64,000 bases of DNA from Candidatus Multivoradales bacterium (lineage in GTDB: Bacteria > Acidobacteriota > Thermoanaerobaculia > Multivoradales > JAHEKO01), in the NCBI GenBank assembly GCA_965223855.1, contig CBDCXM010000009.1, positions 2,208,001-2,272,000 of the forward strand. The letters run 5' to 3'. Position numbers and translations under genes: made by a program. The notes below the pieces were generated by a model, which saw nothing but the letters and a program-made list of their open reading frames with translations, ran no database searches and was not told the origin of the DNA. Below are positions 57,598 through 64,000 of the stretch, piece after piece (positions within the stretch are counted from its first letter, which is position 1; each line of letters starts with the position of its first letter).

Positions 57598-58781
57598 GGG
57601 GCGGCTACGGCGACGGCCCCGTCGGCCGCCCGGCAGGTGAACCAGTGGGGACGGCGACCGAACCGTTCCTCGAAGGCGTCGCACGTCGCGAGGGCGACGG
57701 CATCGGCCCGACCGGTCTGCACGAGTGCACACACACAACCCCCGAAGCCCCCGCCCGACAGTCGCGCACCGTCGCAGCCCTGCGCCCCGTTGAGGCTCGC
57801 CGCGAGAAGATCGAGCTCGGCGATCGAGACTTCGTAGAGGTCTCTGGAGCTGGCGTGGGAAGCGGCCAGGAGCGGGCCGATCTCGGGGGTGCGGCCTTCC
57901 TCGAGCAGCTCCCAGGCCCGGCGGACCCGCTCGCACTCTTCGACGACGTGCCTGGCACGGCGGTACTCCACCGGGGATAGAAGCTCGGCGTGTCGTTCGA
58001 GATCGGGCATCGTGAGGTCGCGCAGCGTCGCGAGCGGCAGCCCCAGTCGCCGCAGGGAGTCCAGAGCGGATTCCGCCTCGCTGCGACGGTCGTTGAAGCC
58101 GCTCGCCCCGAGGCGGCGCCGGACGCCGCTGTCGACGACGAGGAACGAACGATCGGGAGCGATCGGCAGATGCCGATAGTCCAGGTCGCGGCAGTCGAGC
58201 GCCAGGAGTTGCGACTCGCGTCCGACGAGGCAGGCGAGTTGGTCCATGATCCCGGAGCCGACTCCGAGATAGTGGTTCTCGGCGTGCCGGCCGAGCGCCG
58301 CGAGCTCGGTGTCGGCAAGCGACCAGCCGGCGACCGCGGCCCAGATCCGCAGCAGACCGACCTCCACCGCCGCGGAGGAGCTCACGCCGGCACCGCGTGG
58401 GAGATCGCCGCCGAAGGCGACGTCCAGCCCCGGCAGTTCGAGCCCGCGGTCGAGGCAGGCGGCGGCGACGCCGGCCGGCAGGTCGGACCAGTGAGAGGGA
58501 CGCCCGTCGGCGACCGGCGGTGGCGGGAGAGCGTCGAGCTCGAACTCGGCCACCTCGTCGCCATAGTCGAGGGCGAGCAGTCGAAGACGGCGATCCGGGC
58601 GTGTAGCTGCAGCGAAGTCGAGTCCGCGGTCGATCGCCGCCGGAAGCACCAGACCCTCGTGGTAGTCGACATGAGCGCCGAGCAGGTTGATCCTCCCCGG
58701 TGCGTGAGCGAGCCAGCCGGGCTCTCGCTCGAAACGCCGGCGGAAACGGGCTGCGGCCGGACTCGCTCCGTCGGGCTCCAT
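57591..58781 (-). CDS. GHMP sugar kinase, galactokinase family (atypical sugar-binding motif)
   Basis: PGRINLLGAHVDY, P.GAGVSSSAA, GIMDQ, RARHV, SH.S.RD.YEVS, GARLSGGGFGG. Confidence 0.9.
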   Translation of the reverse strand: MEPDGASPAAARFRRRFEREPGWLAHAPGRINLLGAHVDYHEGLVLPAAIDRGLDFAAATRPDRRLRLLALDYGDEVAEFELDALPPPPVADGRPSHWSDLPAGVAAACLDRGLELPGLDVAFGGDLPRGAGVSSSAAVEVGLLRIWAAVAGWSLADTELAALGRHAENHYLGVGSGIMDQLACLVGRESQLLALDCRDLDYRHLPIAPDRSFLVVDSGVRRRLGASGFNDRRSEAESALDSLRRLGLPLATLRDLTMPDLERHAELLSPVEYRRARHVVEECERVRRAWELLEEGRTPEIGPLLAASHASSRDLYEVSIAELDLLAASLNGAQGCDGARLSGGGFGGCVCALVQTGRADAVALATCDAFEERFGRRPHWFTCRAADGAVAVAAPF

Positions 58782-58806
58782 CGCGGAGGTATTGTAGGCG
58801 TCCTTC

Positions 58807-60924
58807 ATGGCACGCGAACGCTTCGAGCTGGATCGCGACTGGAGGTTTCGCCTCGGCAAACCCCGTCGCGGCGAGACCTCTCGTGACTGGGAGCAGGTGG
58901 CTCTGCCGCATTGCTGGAACGCCCAGGACACCTTCCAGCGGGGGCTGCGCTACTACCGCGGGCCTGGCGTCTACGAGCGCGAGTTCGAGCTGCCGGCGGA
59001 ACTGGAGGAGGAGCGGCCCGGCGGCTGGTGGCTGGTGGTGGGGGGCTTCTACGGCCGCGCGACGGTCGAGCTCGACGGCCGCCGGCTGGGACGCTTCGAG
59101 GGGCAGTACCTCGGCTTCGACTGCCCGCTTCCCGGAATCACGTCGGGCCGGACGCACCGGCTGCGGATCGAGGCGACCAACCGCTGTCCCGACTGGATGC
59201 CTCCAGGCACCTCGGCGCCCGATTTCCTGCTCTTCGGAGGTCTGTCGGGGCGGGTGCGTCTCGAGCGAAGGTCGCCTTGCCACCTCGACCCGGGGAGGCT
59301 CAGGCTGGTGCCGCACGATCTGCTCGCATCGCCCGAGTTGGAGCTCTCCTTCGGAGTCACGGGCCGCATCGGTCCGGAGCTCGCGACCGTCCGTTGGAGC
59401 CTCTACGACCCGGAAGGAGCGAGCGTCGCCGAGGGGCTCGCGCCGATCGGCGGCGACGGAACAGCGAGCGCCGATTGCGAGCTCGAGGCGGCCTGCCTCT
59501 GGTCTCCGGAGACACCGCGTCTCTACGAGCTCCACTGTGGACTCGAGATCGGCGGCGCGATCGTCGACTCCTCGGCGACCCGTCTCGGCCTGCGCGAGGC
59601 TCGCTTCGACGCCGACGGCTTCGAACTCAACGGAGAGCGGCGCCGGTTGCGCGGTTTCAACCGTCACGAGTGTCTGCCGGGGTTGGGCAACGCGCTGCCG
59701 CGCTGGATGCACCGTCAGGATGCCCACGACCTCAAGCGGCTCGGTGCGGACTTCGTCCGCCTGTCTCACTACCCTCAGCAGCCCGACTTCCTCGACGCGT
59801 GCGACGAGCTCGGGCTGATCGTCTACGCGGAACTCGCTTCCTGGAAGAGCGTTCGGGCAGGGCGCTGGCTCCGTGCCGCCCTTCGCCAGATGGAGGCGAT
59901 GATCCGACGCGATCGGCATCGACCTTCGATCGTCCTCTGGGGGATGGGGAACGAGTCGCAGCACCGGCGTGCCTACGTCGCCCTCGATCGGCTGATCCAG
60001 CGGCTCGATCCGACCCGCCCCTCGACCTACGCCGAGAATCACCTCTACCGCGCACGGCGTGCCCGCACGCTCGGCATCCCGGGGGTCTGGGGCCTCAACT
60101 ACGAGGTCGAGGTGCTCGACGAGGTGCGTCACCAATGCCGCACCGGCGCGGTCGTCGTGGCAGAGGCGTGCAACGAGCAGGCGGTGCGGGGCGAGGTCGA
60201 GGAGGAACGTGCGCAGATTGCCGCGATCGAGGCCTTCTGGGAGGCGATCGACGGGAAGCCGTACGTCGCCGGCCATACGCTGTGGGCCTTCAACGACTAC
60301 CCGACGATGTTCCGTGACCGCTTCATCCGCCGCACCGGCAAGGTCGATGCCTGGAGGCTTCCGAAGCTCGCGGCGCACCGCTTCCGCGCGCGCTACGCGG
60401 CGGAGCCGTTCATCGAGCTGGTGGGTGCGTGGGAAGAGGGCGGCGGAGTCGTCGAGGTCGACTGCTTCACCAACTGCTCCGTCCTCGAACTGCGAGTCGG
60501 GGGGAGGGAACTGACCGGGGTCGAGCAGGGGGTGGAGTATCAGCTTCTGAGAATCCCGTTCGCTCACGCGCCGCTCGAAGCGACGGGACGACGGGAGGGC
60601 ACCGTGGTCGAGGCGGCGCTGCGGCCTCGCGGCAGGGCCCACCGCTTGGCGATCGAGCAGGACGAGGCCTCCGCCGCCAGCGACTGGCGCGGCCTGCAGT
60701 TGCGCGTGCTCGACGAGGCGGGTTTCCCGGTGACCTCCTGGTCTGGCGAGGCGCGCCTGGCGTTGCGCGGTCGAGCCCGCTCCGGCGCCTTCACGGCGGA
60801 CGGGCGGGTGGTCGTCGCCCGCGGTATCGGCCGCACCTTCGTCCGCCTGGACGGCGAGGGCGTCGCCGTCGAAGCGAGTGCCGACGGGCTCGAAGCCGCC
60901 GCAGTCAGACTGCGGCCCTTGTGA
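58807..60924 (+). CDS. Glycoside hydrolase family 2 (beta-galactosidase/beta-glucuronidase family)
   Basis: LPHCWN, WSPETP.LY, GFNRHE, RLSHYPQ, CDELG, WGMGNE acid/base, W.FNDY; no obvious signal peptide. Confidence 0.9.
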   Translation: MARERFELDRDWRFRLGKPRRGETSRDWEQVALPHCWNAQDTFQRGLRYYRGPGVYEREFELPAELEEERPGGWWLVVGGFYGRATVELDGRRLGRFEGQYLGFDCPLPGITSGRTHRLRIEATNRCPDWMPPGTSAPDFLLFGGLSGRVRLERRSPCHLDPGRLRLVPHDLLASPELELSFGVTGRIGPELATVRWSLYDPEGASVAEGLAPIGGDGTASADCELEAACLWSPETPRLYELHCGLEIGGAIVDSSATRLGLREARFDADGFELNGERRRLRGFNRHECLPGLGNALPRWMHRQDAHDLKRLGADFVRLSHYPQQPDFLDACDELGLIVYAELASWKSVRAGRWLRAALRQMEAMIRRDRHRPSIVLWGMGNESQHRRAYVALDRLIQRLDPTRPSTYAENHLYRARRARTLGIPGVWGLNYEVEVLDEVRHQCRTGAVVVAEACNEQAVRGEVEEERAQIAAIEAFWEAIDGKPYVAGHTLWAFNDYPTMFRDRFIRRTGKVDAWRLPKLAAHRFRARYAAEPFIELVGAWEEGGGVVEVDCFTNCSVLELRVGGRELTGVEQGVEYQLLRIPFAHAPLEATGRREGTVVEAALRPRGRAHRLAIEQDEASAASDWRGLQLRVLDEAGFPVTSWSGEARLALRGRARSGAFTADGRVVVARGIGRTFVRLDGEGVAVEASADGLEAAAVRLRPL

Positions 60925-60938
60925 TCTACTCTGGCGCC

Positions 60939-62210
60939 ATGACCGAGTCGCCGGAAGCGCGCGTCCTGGAACGCTCCGAGCACCCGATCTCGCGCAGGAA
61001 CATCGGCGCCGAGGCCCTCAAGGTCCTGAAGCGCCTCGACGGCCGCGGCTTCAAGGGCTACCTGGTCGGCGGCGGTGTTCGCGACCTGATGCTGGGGCGG
61101 ACGCCGAAGGACTTCGATATCGCGACCGACGCCAGTCCCGGTCAGGTCAAGCGGCTGTTTCGCAACTCGAGGATCATCGGCCGGCGATTCCGGCTGGCGC
61201 ACGTGTTCTTCGGGCCGACGATCATCGAGGTGGCGACGTTCCGGCGCGACCCCGATCCGCAGGGGCAGAAGTCCCCTCCCGGGGACCTGCTGATCACGAG
61301 CGACAACGAGTTCGGAACCCCCCGTGAGGACGCCTTCCGGCGAGACTTCACGGTCAACGCGCTCTTCTACGACATCTCGAGCTTCACGGTCCTCGACTAC
61401 GTCGGCGGCATCGAGGATCTCGCCGACGGCGTCATCCGGACGATCGGAGACCCCGAGGTTCGCTTCTGCGAGGACCCGGTCAGGATGATGCGCGCCTGCG
61501 AGATGGCGGGGCGGCTCGACTTCACCATCGACCGTGCCTCGCAGGAGGCGATCCAGAGTCTCGCCCGCGAGATCGAGAAGGCGGCGCCGGCGCGGATGAC
61601 GGAAGAGATCGTCCAGCTGCTCCGATGCGGAGCCGCCGGGCCGTCGATGCAGTGGATGCACGACCTCGACCTGCTCGACATCGTGCTGCCGGAGGCGGCC
61701 GTCGTCCTGGAAGCCAGGAAGCACGGGCTCGACGACTTCGAGATGCTCGTGCCGGCGATCGACAGGCTGGTGAACGACGGCTGTCAGCTCAGCGATCCGA
61801 CCCTCCTGGCGGCGCTGTTGCTGCCGACGGTTCTCCTCGAGCGGCGCGAGGTGGAGACGTCGACGGGCCGGCGGATCCTGAGACGGCGGTTGCGCAGACT
61901 GACGGAAGACGTCGCCGCACCGTTCTTCTCGCGCCTCACCCTGGCGAAGTTCAAGTCCGAAGCCGCACTCCAGGCGCTCGACACCTTCCACAGTCTCGGC
62001 GAGCGCAACTGGAACCTGCAGGAGCGGATCCAACTTGCCAGGCGGGCGTCGTTCGGCGACGCTCTCGATCTGTTTCGGATCCTCGTGGCGACCACCGGCG
62101 AAGGGGAGGCGGAGTACGCGGCGTGGGAGCGGGTGCGTCGCGAGGTCCCCGGTCGCAAACGGCCGGCCCGGCCGCGCCGTCGGCGACGGCGCCGGGGACG
62201 TCGGCGCTAG
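60939..62210 (+). CDS. pcnB: Poly(A) polymerase I
   Basis: YLVGGGVRD, PKDFDIAT, IIGRRFRLAHV (PAP-specific signature), RRDFTVN, EDPVRMMRA, Arg-rich C-terminus. Confidence 0.92.
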   Translation: MTESPEARVLERSEHPISRRNIGAEALKVLKRLDGRGFKGYLVGGGVRDLMLGRTPKDFDIATDASPGQVKRLFRNSRIIGRRFRLAHVFFGPTIIEVATFRRDPDPQGQKSPPGDLLITSDNEFGTPREDAFRRDFTVNALFYDISSFTVLDYVGGIEDLADGVIRTIGDPEVRFCEDPVRMMRACEMAGRLDFTIDRASQEAIQSLAREIEKAAPARMTEEIVQLLRCGAAGPSMQWMHDLDLLDIVLPEAAVVLEARKHGLDDFEMLVPAIDRLVNDGCQLSDPTLLAALLLPTVLLERREVETSTGRRILRRRLRRLTEDVAAPFFSRLTLAKFKSEAALQALDTFHSLGERNWNLQERIQLARRASFGDALDLFRILVATTGEGEAEYAAWERVRREVPGRKRPARPRRRRRRRGRRR

Positions 62211-62386
62211 CCGCGCCTTCCCTCGCCGTCGGGAGCCGCCCCAGCCTTCTCTCGCTTCGAGCGCCAGGGGCTTCGCGTGCGGCCTCGCCCGCCGGGCATC
62301 CCGGCTGACCTGCCGTTCGGGGCACGATGAGGCGCCGGGGCAGGTGGGATCGTCGGTCGAGCAGAGCCTTGAGAGACTCTCCGGGC

Positions 62387-62402
62387 TGTGACATTTTTCA
62401 CA
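62387..62402. promoter_or_regulatory. TGTGA-N6-TCACA palindrome (CRP-family or Rex-type site) upstream of sdhCA
   Basis: TGTGA CATTTT TCACA in an AT-rich patch, with -10-like TATGGT/TACATT shortly downstream. Confidence 0.65.
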
Positions 62403-62649
62403 CACCGATATTCTGGCGCGTGTTATGGTACATTTTGTCAGCGCGGTTCAGGGCTCTTCAGGAACAACCCGAGCCGCCCCAAAATCAGGTTCCTCGCCCA
62501 TTCGGGCGTCCCCCCAAGGTGGGTTCCGGCGATACGCACGAACCCACCATTTTTTTGTCCGGTCGCATCGGCGCGCGACCGCCCTGCGAACAGGCTAAGA
62601 TGAAGTCTGAACCGACGCGGCCCCGCTGGGGGCAGGAAGGGAAGCTCCA

Positions 62650-63318
62650 GTGCTGACTCTCTATCGCTCGGCCATGGGCAAGAAGGTCCTCATGGCCGTC
62701 ACCGGTCTGATGCTCTTCGGTTTCGTTCTCGGCCACATGGCGGGGAATCTGAAGCTCTATCAGGGGCCCGAGAAGATGAACGCCTACGCGGAGTGGCTGC
62801 GCGAACTCGGTTCGCCGATGCTGCCTCACGAAGGGGCGCTGTGGATCGCTCGCGTCGGCCTCCTGGCGGCGGTCGGGCTCCACATTCTCTCGGCCTGGCA
62901 GCTCACCCGGATGAGCCGCAACGCACGCCCGCAGGGCTACGGCCGACGGGCTCGAGTGCAGGCGACCTATGCCTCGCGCACCATGCGGTGGGGAGGGGTC
63001 GTGATCCTGCTCTTCATCGTCTACCACCTGATGCATCTGACTTTCGGCAACGTGCATGGTGGCTTCGTGCCCGGCGACGTCTACCACAACGTCGTCAGCG
63101 GCTTTCAGGTGTGGCCGGTGAGCCTGTTCTACATCGTCGCGCAGGTCGCGCTGGCGATGCACCTCTACCACGGGCTGTGGAGTCTCTTCCAGACGCTGGG
63201 GCTCAACCAGGGCGGGGCCGATTCCGGCTGGCGGAAGTTCGCCCTCGCCTTTTCCGCAATCGTCTTCCTCGGCAATCTGTCGTTCCCGATCGCCGTGCTG
63301 ACCGGCCTGGTGGCCTGA
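62650..63318 (+). CDS. sdhC: Succinate dehydrogenase cytochrome b subunit
   Basis: GKKVLMAVTG, GHMAGN, ASRTM, heme-ligand His residues, HL.HG.WS.FQTLG; upstream of sdhA. Confidence 0.93.
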   Translation: MLTLYRSAMGKKVLMAVTGLMLFGFVLGHMAGNLKLYQGPEKMNAYAEWLRELGSPMLPHEGALWIARVGLLAAVGLHILSAWQLTRMSRNARPQGYGRRARVQATYASRTMRWGGVVILLFIVYHLMHLTFGNVHGGFVPGDVYHNVVSGFQVWPVSLFYIVAQVALAMHLYHGLWSLFQTLGLNQGGADSGWRKFALAFSAIVFLGNLSFPIAVLTGLVA

Positions 63319-63355
63319 GACCGGTGGCTGTGACCCCCGGTAGGAGAGAGTGGCG

Positions 63356-64000
63356 ATGACGCTCAACGCAAGAGTCCCCGACGGCCCGCTGGCCGACAAG
63401 TGGACCGACTACAAGTTCCAGCTGAAGCTGGTGAACCCGGCCAACAAGCGGCGGTTCGAGGTGATCGTCGTCGGCTCGGGGCTCGCCGGCGCCTCGGCTT
63501 CGGCGACCCTCGCCGAACTCGGCTACAACGTGAAGTGCTTCTGCTATCAGGACAGCGCCCGCCGCGCGCACTCGATCGCCGCTCAGGGTGGCATCAATGC
63601 CGCCAAGAACTACCAGAACGACGGCGACAGCGTGCACCGGCTCTTCTACGACACGGTCAAGGGTGGTGATTTCCGCTCGCGCGAGGCCAACGTCCATCGG
63701 CTCGCCGAGGTCAGCGTCAACATCATCGACCAGTGCGTCGCGCAGGGGGTGCCGTTCGCGCGCGAGTACGGCGGCCACCTCGCCAATCGCTCGTTCGGCG
63801 GTGCGCAGGTGTCGCGAACCTTCTACGCCCGCGGGCAGACCGGCCAGCAGCTGCTGCTCGGCGCCTACCAGGCGCTGCAGCGCCAGATCGGTCTCGGCAA
63901 CGTCGAGATGCACACCCGCACCGAGATGCTCGACCTGGTGGTGGAGGACGGCCGGGCGCGGGGCATCATCACGCGCGACATGGTGAGCGGCGAGATCCGC
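63356..64000 (+). CDS. sdhA: Succinate dehydrogenase/fumarate reductase flavoprotein (3' truncated by window edge)
   Basis: Own translation: [16 protein letters not shown]...[10 protein letters not shown]...[14 protein letters not shown]...RSFGG; frame open to window end. Confidence 0.95.
   Translation, partial: MTLNARVPDGPLADKWTDYKFQLKLVNPANKRRFEVIVVGSGLAGASASATLAELGYNVKCFCYQDSARRAHSIAAQGGINAAKNYQNDGDSVHRLFYDTVKGGDFRSREANVHRLAEVSVNIIDQCVAQGVPFAREYGGHLANRSFGGAQVSRTFYARGQTGQQLLLGAYQALQRQIGLGNVEMHTRTEMLDLVVEDGRARGIITRDMVSGEIR

Noticed and set aside
56746-60642. 1298-aa minus-strand ORF and other long overlapping ORFs (e.g. 48103-50658, 9193-11472, 13532-15622)
   Set aside because: Shadow frames expected at this GC content; only the 3' part (56746-57543) has recognisable motifs, the rest is antisense or off-frame to real genes

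Overview
A very GC-rich (roughly 70% by eye), gene-dense core-chromosome window. Gene content and synteny (pilT-recX-alaS, sucCD-ndk, futalosine-type MqnA/MqnD gene, sdhCA with a cytochrome b558-type anchor) suggest an Acidobacteriota/Thermoanaerobaculia-like bacterium; this is inference only. About 55 CDS are supportable: dnaJ-rsmE, pilT-recX-alaS, ffh-rpsP-khpA-rimM-trmD-rplS-rnhB, TCA genes (two IDH paralogues, an aconitase-family enzyme, sucCD, sdhCA), peptidases (S9, M2, M56), a class A beta-lactamase and a sugar-salvage trio. No rRNA, tRNA, CRISPR array or mobile element was seen. Best leads: (1) a GH2 + GalK-like kinase + GalU-like trio whose sugar-binding residues point to a uronic acid rather than galactose; (2) a BlaI/M56 system whose sensor domain is a 28-aa R(I/V)HGV repeat shared with a co-encoded secreted protein, with a tandem operator visible; (3) an argE-hutF coupling that may replace HutG; (4) several apparent pseudo-enzymes; (5) a putative structured small RNA near 39.7-39.9 kb. 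Start codons were re-chosen by eye where the ORF track over-extends. All family calls come from motif recognition, not database searches.
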